From assembly GCF_000143415.4 (NCBI RefSeq), contig NW_003314264.1:210693-264182 (forward strand): a stretch of 53,490 bases of DNA. The letters are read 5' to 3'. The notes below the pieces were generated by a model. The model did not search any database. It saw only the letters and a program-made list of their open reading frames with translations, and was not told the DNA's origin. The translations under genes and the position numbers were made by a program. This DNA comes from Selaginella moellendorffii (Eukaryota > Plantae > Lycopodiophyta). Shown in pieces: positions 1 through 13,033 of the stretch (position 1 is its first letter; every line of letters begins with the position of its first letter).

Positions 1-424
1 AGTTCCACACCATGCTAGCTGGTGGAGTACCCATATCCTCGTACTAGGCCACTGGTATTCTAAAATAGTGCTAAACTTTGTTTAGCTCCATTTTGCATGC
101 TGGTCCTAGCATTGGGATGTTGGATGCTCTAGGACTGTTCCAAGTCACTCTATACTCCTGTCCCTCCACTCCTTGGGTTATACACTCGGGAGCTACTTTG
201 TGCTTTAGTACTTTCACTCCTTGGCTCTATGTTTAGGAGTTTGGCTCCATTCCTTCGTTTAGTGGCCCAAGGCTCTAAAACTCAAGTTTCACTCTGCTGT
301 ACTTGGACATATGGCATATGGCACATGGCATATAACATATGGCATATAGAGGGTTTAAGTTCTACTTTGTTATTATCTATGGTAAATTAATATAGGATAA
401 AGGGTGAAAACCATGTATGCTACA
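1..424 (+). mobile_element. 3' part of a family-B LTR (5' LTR of a decayed gypsy element), cut by the window start
   Basis: Reverse complement of the B LTR at about 18835-19262, with many C>T/G>A changes; ends ...gctaca at 424 and is followed by a PBS. Confidence 0.85.
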
Positions 425-426
425 TT

Positions 427-437
427 TGGTATCAAAG
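427..437 (+). other. Primer-binding site (tRNA-iMet type)
   Basis: tggtatcaaag, 2 nt after the LTR end. Confidence 0.8.
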
Positions 438-439
438 AC

Positions 440-3400
440 AGAGATTTTGAAGTTTAAGCCGAAGACATACCTAGAGTGTAAGGAAGTAGCATAGGAAGTT
501 GCCTTTAGTCACTTGCTCTTGGAACAATATTAGCGGCCATATGGTGGTATCTCAGACAAGAATAAAAACTTTAGGAATAAACAAGGTGATTAGAAAAAAA
601 GGGTGGAAGGAAAGTTCTGCTCTGGAAGCTCATAAATAACGGTTAACAAAGGTGGTGGTTAGCAACCACCACTAGCTTCTTCTGGTCCTAGGCCCTTTGT
701 TCCTTTTATTGGTGGGTACAAGTAGTAGTAACTTGCAACACTTGCTCCTAGCGAAATGGATAGTGTGGGTTATTGCTTCCATTGTAGAGAGACAGGATAT
801 AAGTCCTTAGAATGTCCCAACAAGCATAAGACATGGTCTCATATTAATGTCATAAGGGAAGATAGTGGTGGTGAAGTTGAAGGGGTTAACGAGTTGGTTA
901 ATGCAGACTATAAGGAAGAGGAGGTCATTAGTTCCCTCAAGCTTTTCTCATAGTCAATACAAACATTGATCCATTGATGTATCTGGAATTCAAATCGGTG
1001 ATGGGGTTGATCCTAAACCGAAGGAGATATTGGAGTTGTTGGTGTGGAATCAAAATATCTTTCCAAAGCATTTGCTATCAGGGTTACCTCTTAGCCGTGA
1101 GGTTGATCATTGGATTAAGGTTATTTCGGGTTCTAAACCATCTACAAAGACTCTATATCACCTGAATGTCAAGGAGATGGCTGAACTCAAGAAGCAACTC
1201 ATGAAGCTTCTTGAAAAAGGTCATATCCAACCAAGTAAGTCACATTATAGAGAGCCGGTCGTTTTTGTTATGAAAAAGGATGCAACCATGAGGATGTGTA
1301 TTAATTATCAGGCTCTTAACAAGATCATGATCAAAAACAGTTATCCTTTATCTCGCATTGATGACTTATTTGACCAACTCTTAAAGGCTAAGTATTTTAT
1401 GTGACTTGATTTGTAGTCTAGGTATCATCAAATATAGGTGGTAGATCAAGATATGGAGAAGATAGCTTTTAAGACTTAGTACGAATCTTATGAGTTCCTT
1501 GTCATGTCATTTAGGTTATACAATACTCCAGCAATGTTCAGCATAATGATGGATAGAATATTTTGAGATTATTTAGATACATTTATTATCTTATATATTG
1601 ACAATGTTCTAGTATTTAGTGAAATATTGGAGGATCATTTGAAACACTTGGAGCTAGTGTTTTTGAAGTTGCATGAACACAAACTATATGTTAAAGAAAG
1701 TAAATGTGCTTTTGGACAATTGCACATGAACTTTCTTGGACATATAGTTGGTGGTGGCATAATTGAGGTGGATCCAAAGAAGGTGGAAGCAGTGAAGTCC
1801 TAAGAAGTCCTAACCACTATATCAAATGTTACTTTCTTGGTTTGATGGGATACTATTGCAACTTTGTTTGCAATTTTGCAAGAATTGCTCTTTTGTTAAC
1901 TAAATTAACAAAGAGTAGTATACCAATTCATTGGACACCAACTTGTCAACACGATTCCTATTCTCAGAATCCCAAATTTTGATAAACCCTTTGAAGTGCA
2001 TTGTGATGCATCTAGCTTTGTTATTAATGCTGTATTGCAGCAAGATTGTGACAAAGTGGTTGGTGTTACACTAAGGCAACATAGTTGTTTCATTGCGTTC
2101 TATTCCAAGAAATTGGATGAAACCTAATGAAGATGGCTAACGCATGAGAAAGAGATGTTTGTTATAGTGTCAGCATTGGAACACTGGAGACACTATTTGG
2201 ATGGACATACCAAGTTTTATACGGATAATAATATACTGAGCTACTTTGCTACACAGCCAAAGCTTATACCGAAGTAGACTCGTTGGAAAGAGAAGCTTGC
2301 TAGTTGATATTGAAATCATCTATAAACCTGGTAAAGGTGATATTATTCCGGATGCATTGAGTCGTCATGCTCAATTCTAGGTAATGTCAGCAATTAGTTT
2401 GGATTGGTTAGAAGACATTCAAGCTTCATATGGAAGTGATCTATTAGTGAAGGCAATCTTGCACCATGTGGAGTTGTCAAAGCAAGACCCTAGTAGTGAA
2501 GCAGTAAAAGTTACTAGTCATGCCAATACAAAACTTCACTTATCAATTTAGGATGGGCTTGTTTTCTATAAGGAAGAAAGATTATAGCTTCCCTCTAAGG
2601 ATCTACAATAGTTGTTTCTACATGAACATCATGATGTTCCGATAGCAAGACATGGTGGAAAATGAAAGACATGCTTCATTGAAAAAGGTATTTTTCTAGT
2701 CTGGTATGGAAGGTGATGTAGCAGATTATGTTCATTATTGCCCTATATGCCAGCAATGTAAGTGAATAACTGAGAAGTAGGAAGTTATAGTGCATTTCAG
2801 CACCAGCATGACCATTTCAAAGTGTGACACTTGACTTTATCACTTGCTTGCCAAAGTATAAAGGTTGTGATACTTTGATGGTGGTTGTTAACTGGTTGTT
2901 GAAGATTGCACACTTCATTCCAACTATGGAAATAGTGAATGCAAAGCAAGTAGCAAAGTTCTTTCTCCATGAAGTAGTACAGGTTTGTCGTCTTCTAGAA
3001 GAGATGATCTTAGATAGAGATTCAAGATTTACAGGGAATTTTTTGGGGCACACTATTCTAGTTATTTGATACCAAGTTGAAATTTAGTATAGCTTATCAT
3101 CCTTAAACTAATGGGCAAACCGAATGTGTGATAACTCAAGTTGAGGATTATCTGCGGTACTATGTCGTGGCAGATCAATGCGACTGGGTTAAGCATTTAG
3201 ACATAGTAGAAATCTGTTATAACAACACATTTCACAACATTATTGGCTATTCTCCATGGAAGATGCTGCAAGGGAATGCTTATGGGGTTTTTTAACAGAT
3301 TTTTATACCAAAACTAATGTTTGAAGTGTTGGTCCCAGCTGTTGAGACTTATGCAGAGTAGTTATGCCAAGGTTGGTCTAGAGCTACTAAGGCAATAGGC

Positions 3401-3889
3401 AAAGCTCAGGATAGGTATTCATGTGATAAGGATTAGCATTATCGGGATGTATTCTATCAAGTGAGAGATCAAGTATGGCTATCTTCCTGAAACTTGAATG
3501 TAAAGGGATCTTTATCTTGGAAGCTATTACCAAGATATGTTAGGCCCTATTAGGTATTGAAGCAAGTGGGTGATATATCCTATAAGTTGCATCTTTTGTA
3601 TGAGTTATCCCATGTACATGATGTGTTTCATGTCAGTTTACTGGTACTATATCATGCTGTTGTGGAATGCTCTATAGCTATTCATCCTCCATCAATGGTC
3701 ATTGATGGTGAACTTGAGTATGAAGTTAAAACTATCTTGGATTCTCAATTTTGGAGATGGGTCTGTATGAAGGAATATCTTGTTAAGTGGAAAGGTTACC
3801 CAACTTGTGAATCAACTTGGGAGCCTCTTAGGAATCTCATGCATGCTCGTGAGCTTGTCATGGAGTATGAGAATTGTAATAAAGATTAG
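440..3889 (+). pseudogene. Decayed Ty3/gypsy chromovirus gag-pol (CCHC knuckle, RT, RNase H, integrase, chromodomain)
   Basis: CFHCRETGYKSLECP knuckle; RT motifs [12 protein letters not shown] and [13 protein letters not shown]; integrase LDFITCLP; chromodomain EYEVKTILD..EYLVKWKGYP..TWEP. Many stops and frameshifts; most of gag and the protease appear deleted. Confidence 0.9.
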
Positions 3890-4277
3890 TTCTTATAAAT
3901 CCTATAATAAATCTTGCAAATCAATAAAGTAGTATATTTCTATAAATCAATGAAACAACTTAAACAACTTAATCTACAAGTTTATAATAGTTGTCTAAAT
4001 CTTTCCGACAAGGTTGATTTCTTGCTCAAGGGAGTTGGGCCTCTGGCTCTCTCCCTATATCCCTGCAGGCAGGGATGTATCATTGAGTATTGAGTCTAAT
4101 CCCTCAATATCACTACATGATAGTTTATTATATTTGCCAAACACCTTCATTATCATGTTTTATGTGTTAGTTATCCAAGTGCTATTTATGGTAAGTGCCT
4201 AGATCTGCTCAAGAGGCATATCTATGGAATGTAAAGAGTGTTTTAAACCCTATGGTGTTCCGGCTCTTGAATTCGCA

Positions 4278-4334
4278 ATCTATTTAGTAAGTTTCCACCC
4301 TTATCCCAAAGACTAACTCCTGATACTAAATGAG
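4278..4334 (+). repeat. Short family-B LTR remnant (possible truncated 3' LTR)
   Basis: agactaactcctgatactaaatgagg also occurs in the B-type LTR at about 42835-42860. Confidence 0.55.
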
Positions 4335-4335
4335 G

Positions 4336-4948
4336 CTAGGGAGGCTACTGCGGGCAGTGACAGAGGCACGGACAGTGGATAAATGGCTAGCAAGAAGGTT
4401 ACACGCTGGGGACTTTGTGGCAATTCAAAGGGAGGAGACGTCGGACGGCGAGCAGGTACCACTTGGTAAATGGACTCAGGCGTTCACGATGCCAACCCCA
4501 GCGTGGAATGTGGGGGAGATTGAGGTGTGGTTCGTGGCAGACCCAGACCAAAACCTTGGCAGGCCTTTTCGTGTAGTGAGAGGTGACACACTCCTCGATG
4601 TGGGTGCCACAGGTCACAGATGATGAAGTGAAAGGATGAATCCGGGTTCTAAGACAGATAGCAACTCAGATAGAGGTGGTAGAGTCACCTTTCTAGCTAG
4701 AAGGAGATGGACGGCTAGTATAGTGAAGGAAAGAGTTAATAGAAGACCTGGACTGGGACCCAGCAGCGTGGAGACGCGGGGCGAATGGCTTCTTCACTTA
4801 CGAGGTCAAGGATGTGCGGAATGGTTTGATGGTGAACAGGGAATTTGAGAGAGAAGAAATCCCACGACTATGGCAAAAGTGGATCGCACTAGGAGTGGAG
4901 GCGGACCAGGTGATTGACAACACTGTGGCATTCTGGAAACTACCGATC
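4336..4948 (+). pseudogene. Non-LTR (L1/Tx1-like) ORF2 C-terminal fragment, left half
   Basis: Reads ...FWKLPI up to the CGATC duplication and continues in frame at 38669 as QEKSKVTSWLVATNGLPV, a zf-RVT-type motif. Confidence 0.7.
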
Positions 4949-4972
4949 ATGCTCTATTTCGTTAAAGTGGGA
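4949..4972 (+). repeat. Left terminal inverted repeat
   Basis: atgctctatttcgttaaagtggga. Confidence 0.9.
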
Positions 4973-5608
4973 TTTATTCAGTAAAATGGGACTAGGTACA
5001 AATTTTCAAGTATTTGAAAATGACGTGAAATTATATGTTTTTTGTCTAGGGGCTAGACATATCTGGGGCATGGTGACTAGCGCGGTGACTTTGTGTCCAG
5101 ACTGAGTCCATTTGGTTGTATAATAAATCTCATTGTCAAGGTGAACAAGCCGAATCTGAAGCTAAAGAAGAGCGATGGCATGCGCGCACACACTATTTGT
5201 TTGTTCATTGAGCATGTGGTGAGCTTTCCAAGATGAACGTCATTCCTATTAGCCAGATATATAACTTAATGGTGAGAACATTTAGATATTATTCAATGTT
5301 ATCTTTTTCTAACGAATCTAATTGTGAAGGTGTAGCAAGAGGCATTGCTAGTCTGGAGAAGTCATTTAACTCATTTGACCCTTAGTGTATTTTCATGAAA
5401 CTAAATAACATTCATATTATTAAGGAATTTCTCTAGTACCTTTTTTTTACGATATAGAGGCTTGCATTTCTTTCAAAGGTGATTTAGTAAAAGGCCTGAG
5501 GGCACATGCCATTCTATTTCTCAGACCGGTATTAAGATATACTAGTGCAAAGGGAAAAAGGTATTTGGTGATCAAGTAAATGGCATGAGGGCACACGCCA
5601 TTATAAGC

Positions 5609-5881
5609 CTAAGCGCTAGTGGACACCTCCTTTTTGGTACTCTCAGCGGTACTATCATCCTTCTCCGGGTCAGTTGTTTTGCTTTGGATTGTTGTCTCTG
5701 ACGTTACTGGGGCGTTCTTGATAGTTGTTAATGTTGCTGTTTGTTCAGAAAAATGATCACCTAGAGTATAGTATGGGGAGTATGGAAGACTTATATATTC
5801 TACATCTTCACCTATCTCCTTCTCCGTCTCCTTTTCTGCCTCACTTACAGATTTTGTGCTTGCCATGAGAATGCTCTTCAC
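5609..5881 (-). CDS. Small Ser/Thr-rich ORF or terminal exon of unknown function, homologous to 48462-48707
   Basis: Shares SLP.SPYYT.G, KNAPVTSETTIQSK and DSTAEST with 48462-48707; both follow a tttag|ggt acceptor-like site. Confidence 0.55.
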   Translation of the reverse strand: MKSILMASTKSVSEAEKETEKEIGEDVEYISLPYSPYYTLGDHFSEQTATLTTIKNAPVTSETTIQSKTTDPEKDDSTAESTKKEVSTSA

Positions 5882-6579
5882 CCTAAAATATGGAGTTCGT
5901 TGTGTTATAAAAGGAAACTAACACACACGCTGCAAGGGAATGATGGTACATAAAGCACGTAAGCCCACAATATGGGTTTATGTGCCATTAATATGGGCCA
6001 CAAGCCATATTATTAGATTTATGCACGTGTGATTGGTAAATGCATATGTCACATCATCTTTGTTTTACCTCACACACTATATCAGGCCTAATGAACCATA
6101 TTACATGTGCGCACATGCTATATATATGGAGAAGTATTATGCAAGGATAGAAAAATTCAATGCATGATTGTGGAGAGCAATGGCATGAAGCCACATGCTA
6201 AATAACATTTTAGAGAAAGAATTAAAATAAAAACATGCAAACAGTACTGAGTGGACCAAGACTTAGAAGTGCACAATTGAATTAGGTATTTCTAATAAAT
6301 ATTTCACTCACCTCATATAGGAATGGCTACCACTCTCAAATGGCATTTCGCCTCATGCCATCACCTCGCAATTTGTTATAACAATCCGATGAATTCATAT
6401 TCGGCTTGTTCACCTTGAACTTTAAGTAAGATTTGCTAGAACAACTAAGAATTTATACTTGTTATTTGTATCATCTCACCTAGGAATGGCGTAAGGCCAC
6501 ATGCCATCATGCCTCCTCTGATTCAGATTCGGATTGTTCACCTTGAAATAAAATACATTAGAAACTTAGTAAAGGAATA

Positions 6580-9404
6580 TTAATGAATCTCACCTTGAAC
6601 CCGGGTTATGAATGCTCTTGCTGCATCTCTTGCATGGTCTGGCAAGGTGATGGTGGCACTCTCCTTCCGCATCCAACCATGCACAACATTATCCACCGAT
6701 ATGCTCATGCTGGGATCCCTTGGATTCAGCACCCATCTCTTTTCTAGGCAATCCTTCGTATATCCAGAATTTGGCTTGAACCACTCCACAGTTACATTGA
6801 AGGAGTTAGTTTCTGCGTCCTCCTCTGCATCAGTGATGCAGCGCCCCACCCATATCATTTGTTTTTTATTACTGGGTCTGACAAGCATGACCATTCCTTT
6901 GCAGACCTGTACTGGATTGAATGCTGAATCCGGCTTCTTGTTCCTCGGCCCACAATAGTGATCCTCAACATCGTTATCTGTCACTGCATTTCTAGAGGAC
7001 ATTGTTCCGCTACTATCTGGTGCTCTGGGTTCTGGCCAAAAGGACTCTTCCAATTCTTCATATACAACCGGCCCATTTTGGATAGCAGATATAATCTTCT
7101 CCCAGTATTCGAGCAAAGGCTTGCACCTCTTAAAATAGGATTCTCCACCAAACACCAACCCCCTCTTCCAGAAGGCAATATGCTGTCTAATCCCGGCCAC
7201 TATACTTTCCTGGTCTTTGAGTCCATCCGAGTGCATCGGCCGTGGGGAACCCTGAGGAATCATAGGTTCCCCAGTTATGGGATCTCTCTTGAAGAGTTCA
7301 ATGCCGTCCACTGGCAGCCACACTGTGTCCCATTCTCTCATCTTGTACCTCATCACTGGAGCACCGTCACGCATGCTGAAATGAAACTGAAGAGGCTTGG
7401 AGTGGCCAATCAGCGTTTTGGATCCGTCCCTGATGTAGCCTCTTACAAACCCTTAAAGTCTGGAACCTCTGTCACAAGTGCAGCTTCAACAGTGCCTTTG
7501 ATGCAATTTTGGAATTCATCGTAGAGTTGTGGGAGGGTGAGGACATTGGATCGCCGGAGGGACTCTGCCAGGTGACTGAACATGGCATCGATGTCTTCAT
7601 GAGTGTGCCCAACCATGAGAAAGCCAAGTGTAACTGTTTCAAATATGCCTTTGGCAACAAGCATCGCCAAGTACGCGAAGACGTACATGTTTTTGTTCTT
7701 ACTGCCAGCATTGTCTGTTTGGAGCAGAAGATGGGGTGGAAGGCCACATCGGCCGCAAGAACTTCCTTGAGATTCTGCTTCGTTTGGATGAGGCTGTGCA
7801 TTCACCGGGCGACCAGCCTCATCGGAATGGCATGAAGCCTCATGTGATAACCCTACAATCTGACGGCCAACATATTCACTGGGATGGCATGGGGCCCCAT
7901 GCGATACTGCAAGCCTTTGCTCCTCCTCCAGCTGAACCCTGTATGGGGTTCGATCGACAAGGGCCTTATGCAAGGGTTGGCCGTTCAGCTCAGTCTGCGC
8001 ACTTTGCAGAGACCTTAAGTGTTTTGCTAGGGACACAATCATCATGTTTGCACCCCCGCCACCCCATAGAGGTACAAAGAAGTTCCCATAATTCTGGGCA
8101 CCATGCCCATGAGCGATTATGCCAAACAGAGACACAGGCAGCTACATGGATGAAGAGATCGCCTTGGGGGCAGGATTGAGTCGAGGTAAGCACGTCTTTT
8201 TCTGGTCCATTTTGTCGTGGATGATGCAGAGGTAAGAGTCAGGTCTCTCCATGGAGAGAATCCTATTATGATAATATGCAGTCTTGCAGCTTCTCTGCTC
8301 GATGTTGTGGTCGAGCCACCTTCTAACCAACATCTCTCGCTCTTGAGCGATGCAAGAATTCTTCGACAAAGCCATTTTGATAGCAGTGCACTCGTCACAC
8401 TTTGAAAAGATGGAGTACTTTCCTATACTCACATCCCTGAACCTGTTGCTCCACAATCTACTAAATCTAGATTGGCTCAGCTTCCTGTAGCCATTACTCT
8501 GGAGTTCCCGATTCACATCTTCCAATATGGCCCCCTTGGTATACATGGAAGGGAGAACTCGTTGGGTGTTTTGAGTTCCATCTTCCAAGAGGCGGGTTTT
8601 ATGTGGTTGCTGCTCGCTATATGTCTCAACAAACTTCTTGAAGATTGCCTCTCTATATACAACATGACCCCTGGTTTTGTGAGTACCATCGTTCCCATGG
8701 ACTGCCTGTTGAACCCTTTGTTCCTCGAACTCAGTTTTGATTCTGTAGAATGTGGTTCGAGGGATTCCATAAATGATTCTCCATGCCTTCATGCAGACCA
8801 AACCCCTCTGGAAGACCATGCCCCCCACCTGATGTTTTGAAGCATCAACAGATGACCGTAATGCCTCATACACAAAATTGCGAGCTACCTTCCAGGATAA
8901 TGTCTTGTATCTTGCTCTCTCCTCTTCAATAGCATCCCAATCAGCATGTTGACAGCACCTCCTCTTGCAACAAGCAACTGTCGAGACCATTCGAACCTCC
9001 ATCGCCATTTTCTGCCTTTTCGGTTCGTTGCTCAGATCCCTTTGGCTGCGCTTTAGGAAGGTGTACTTTCTTTTCCCATGAAGAGATGTTCTGTCATCAG
9101 TTGTAGTGGTGTTTGATTGTGAATCCTTCACATTCTCAAACACTAAGTGCCTCAATTTCCACCGCACAATGCTTCCAATAGTCAGACTGTTTTCTTCTGT
9201 GTCAACAACCTCTAAAATCGCAACTCCAATATCATCCCAGCCCAATTCTTGATTAGCAACTGCATCTCTTGGATCGACAACTGTGGCTAAGCCCTCAGCT
9301 ACCACCTCCCCCTCGGGGTTGTTTAGAAACACCTTTGCCTGAATCCATGCAGCACGGTTCTTAAGATCCACGGAGGGAACATGCGTCGCACTTGCGGAGG
9401 CCAT
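6580..9404 (-). pseudogene. DDD-type transposase, DUF7869/Sola1-like; one nonsense codon and one frameshift
   Basis: Cys cluster CCKRRCC; FSKCDEC; putative catalytic Asp residues in CIIHDKMDQKK, LQTDNAGSKNKN and FLMVGHTHEDIDAMFS. In-frame TAG at 8142-8144; 1-bp frameshift near 7450 (DFKG/FVRGYIRDG..IGHSKPLQF) joins ORF 6580-7374. Confidence 0.8.
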
Positions 9405-9557
9405 TCTGAAAGTGCAGAAAAGAAGTTAAGACCATACAAAAAATAATTGGAGAATGGCCTAAATCATAACATACCAAACAACCTCAATAGCATGAGGCCA
9501 CATGCCATTATTCAAACATGCTATTGACACCCACGTGAAATTTCGCATTCACAAAAT

Positions 9558-9747
9558 TGGCATGAGGCCTCACGCTATCTTTGGCCCTTGCTAGCCTATA
9601 GCTATATTCCTTTTGCCTTGCTGCAACTGTATATATTTTTGTGTGCGTGATTAGTCACCCATACAAAAATATATACAGTTGCAGCAAGGCAAAAGGAATA
9701 TGGCAATAGGCTAGCAGGGGCCAAAGATGGCATGAGGCCTCATGCCA
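9558..9747. repeat. About 190-bp fold-back inverted repeat upstream of the transposase
   Basis: Arms of about 90 bp, nearly complementary (ttccttttgccttgctgcaactgtatatattttt / aaaaatatatacagttgcagcaaggcaaaaggaa); short loop near 9651; each end is a 22-bp palindrome copy. Confidence 0.9.
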
Positions 9748-9938
9748 TCTTGATATACTCACAGCTGCAGGCAAGTAAAAACATACATGACAATACGCTA
9801 GCCATGAAATTGCAAGGGCCCAAGATGGCATGTGGCCTCATGCCATTTCTAAATGTGGTCCTAAGCCATTCCATGGTGAACATACCAGGAAGCACAAGTG
9901 CCGAATATCAAGAGGAAGCGGTAGCCACACCAAAGACA

Positions 9939-10010
9939 GTGCCGCTCGCAACACCGCAACTACTCGTAGTGCCACTCGCAACACCGCAACTGCTCGTAGC
10001 GCCGCTCGCA
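9939..10010 (+). repeat. 30-bp tandem repeat, about 2.4 units
   Basis: Unit gtgccgctcgcaacaccgcaactactcgta. Confidence 0.8.
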
Positions 10011-10192
10011 CAAACTGCCACTTGCATAAACTGCCACTTGCAATGGCGCTCACAATGCCGCAACCGCTCGTAGACGCATAAACCACAGCTCACAACGCCG
10101 CTTACACAAGTAGCACTCACTGCACTCAGCGGAACCAAGAACACGGCGCACAAAAATGATAGACCTAGGAATGAGTTTGAGAATTCAAAAAT

Positions 10193-12128
10193 AACACACG
10201 CTTGAACGTCACATCAAATCCTCTGACAAACCAGATCTTATGACTCCTCTGACAAATTTCAAACTGAGTAGCTTCTAGACTTTGCTGTCGGAGGTTGAAC
10301 TTTGTCACATCATGTCCTTGCCTCGATCCAGCTGTGCCATGTCAGTGATTCAAACTTTGCCATGCCATGTCAGCGATCCGCGCCAAGATTATTTGCCGTG
10401 TAAAGGAATAATTATGCTGTGTGTGTACGTCCATTTATGGCAATATAAGGCCACATGCCATTCAAAGAATAATGCTAGTCGAGCATTTTTTGGTGCATTT
10501 TTGGGTTCAAAATTGCATGAGCCCACACACTATAAAGTTTACCTGTACCAAAAATAGAAACAGCTTTATTTACTTGGAAATTTAAGTGGTTAAGGCATTT
10601 TTAAACTTACAAACACATGCCCTACTTACATTCCTTTGGTTGCTTAAAATTCAAAAATATTATAAACCTTTCTTTTTGCATTTTCAATGTTTTCAATTAT
10701 GGTTTTTGATTTTCGCAGGACCAGCCTAGTAATCTATTTGCATCCCGTCATGTTTATAGCTAGCTTTCGTTTGTCCCCTTCGCTAGCCTGAGATACATCT
10801 GCTTGGCATCTGCCTCTTACAGCATTTGCCCAGAAAGGGCATCTTTCTTCACGCAGCATTTGCCACATGTTTAGGGTTTAGGGTTTAGCAATTCAGTAGC
10901 TTGATAAACATGCAAATACAGAACTTGATGCAAAATCCTTTGATATGTCACAATGCCCCTAGGACCATAAACACATTTCAATAGAGATGGTCCTTTCATT
11001 TCATAACTCTTTATATAGATCTTGGTGAAACCAGAGTTAGTGAAGTTAGTTTCCTGTAATCCCGCATCTGATTGTGATGTCCCTTTGCAGTGTCGATGGA
11101 AAGGTCAATGCACACCAAACTGTAAAATCTTGGAGCAAAATAACGGTCGGATCTATGCCAAATGCCTCTGAAAAATTGTAAGGCTCGTGTGGTCTCATGT
11201 GGTGTCCAATCGAGATGCTTCTTTGCAGGGTCATCAAGAAAGACATTGTATACCATTCTGTAAAATCTAGTTGCGATCTAACGGTCGGATCTCCAGAAAA
11301 CTCAAAAAAATCTTGCGCGTGTCAGAATATTCTAGGAATATACTCCTATGTGCCCCTGAAAATGGCATGCGGCCCCATGCCATTCAAGAGATAACGCTAG
11401 ATGACGCCGAGCATTTTTTGGTGCATTTTTTGGGATCAAAATTGCATGAGCCCACACGCTTGAACGTCACATCAAATCCTCTGACAAACTAGATCTTATA
11501 ATTCCTCTGACAAATTTCAAACTGAGTAGCTTCTAGACTTTGCTGTCGGACGTTGAACTTTGTCACATCATGTCCTTGCCTCGATCTAGCTGTGCCATGT
11601 CAGTGATTCGAACTTTGCCATGCCATGCCATATCAGCGATCCGCGCCAAGATTATTCGCCGTGTAACTGCTCGGCATCTGCCTCTTACAGCATTTGCCCA
11701 GAAAGGGCATCTTTCTTCACGCAGCATTTGCCACATGTTTAGGGTTTAGGGTTTAGCAATTCAGTAGCTTGATAAACATGCAAATACAGAACTTGATGCA
11801 AAATCCTTTGATATGTCACAATGCCCCTAGGACCATAAACACATTTCAATAGAGATGGTCCTTTCATTTCATAACTCCTTACGTAGATCTTGGTGAAACC
11901 AGAGTTAATGAAGTTGGTTTCTTGTGATCCCGCATCTGATTGTGATGTCCCTTTGCAGTGTCGATGGAAAGGTCAATGCACACCAAACTGTAGAATCTTG
12001 GAGCAAAATAACGGTCGGATATATGGCAAATGCTCCTAAAACATTGTAAGGCTCGTGTGGTCTCATGTGGTGTCCGATCGAGATGCTTCTTTGCAGGGTC
12101 ATCAAGAAGGACATTGTATACCATTCTT
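10193..12128 (+). repeat. Mosaic direct duplications in the intergenic region
   Basis: About 10193-10400 matches about 11452-11665; about 10799-11260 matches about 11667-12128; the latter pair each contain tttagggtttagggtttag. Confidence 0.85.
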
Positions 12129-12389
12129 TATTTAGCTGAACATCTGGCATTTTTGGAAATACAAGATGCTTTGGAATATCCAATCATGCATGGTATAAAT
12201 ATAGCGAGGGTATTAAATGATATCCCAATCATGATCTTTCTTTTGGATTTCACGTGCATGCAGTTTGAGGAATGATGACGTTGCGGATTTCTTTTGGATT
12301 TCACGTGCATGCATGCGCGCGGCGATCCAGAAATTAATGGTGGCGCCCAAGTCCGAGGAATGATGATGTTGCGGGATTACCAACCGTTG

Positions 12390-12700
12390 TGACATTTCGC
12401 GCGTGTGAGGTTAGGTTTTGCATTTTGCTTCGTACTCGCGCTCGCACACTCACGCTCGTATTGCGCTCCCACTCGCGATCACGCTCACATTCGCGCTCAT
12501 CTACCTTCTCTACAGGTTTCTCGTGTGCATTGGCGTCCACTCGCGCTTGCATCACACTCGCGCTCGCATCGCGCTCGCATCGCACTCGTGTGCATCGGCA
12601 TCCACTTCAAGACACACCCAGTTTGTAACTTCGCCGCCAACTCCGCCGCCCACTCCGCCACCCACACGCAGCCCACTTGGCATCCAGGGAGATTTTAGCG
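12390..12700. promoter_or_regulatory. CpG-rich low-complexity region, putative promoter or 5' end of the cargo gene
   Basis: Dense tcgcgc/cactcg repeats between the divergent transposase and cargo genes; position and composition only. Confidence 0.35.
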
Positions 12701-13033
12701 CCACTCTCCAACTGTAAGTGGCAGAGTAGCCTTGCTGCTACGATCCGCTGCACACACAGTGCACATTCGCCAGCGAGTCCGGCCTCGATTGTCACGCCTC
12801 CATTCGGCTTCAAATGGTAAGTCTTTTAGGCCAAGTAGAAAATGGCATGAGGCCACATGCCATTCAGTAGCAACATTGGCATGCACGGATTGGGCTCTCG
12901 AGTGCAGTCCGGTTACAAATGGCGTGTAGCCTCACGCTATCTTAGGATGCAGCCTCAAGACATCTGATGCAGTGGTGAATGGCGTGTGGCCTCACGTTAT
13001 TTCCAGCTGCTAGCTTTTCATCTGGCACTCTAA

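Noticed and set aside
6608-8840. Plus-strand ORFs overlapping the transposase, and antisense ORFs over pol and the cargo gene
   Set aside because: Shadow frames of real coding sequence with no recognisable motifs.
10870-10888. Telomere or chromosome-healing site
   Set aside because: Under three TTTAGGG units, lying within an internal duplication.
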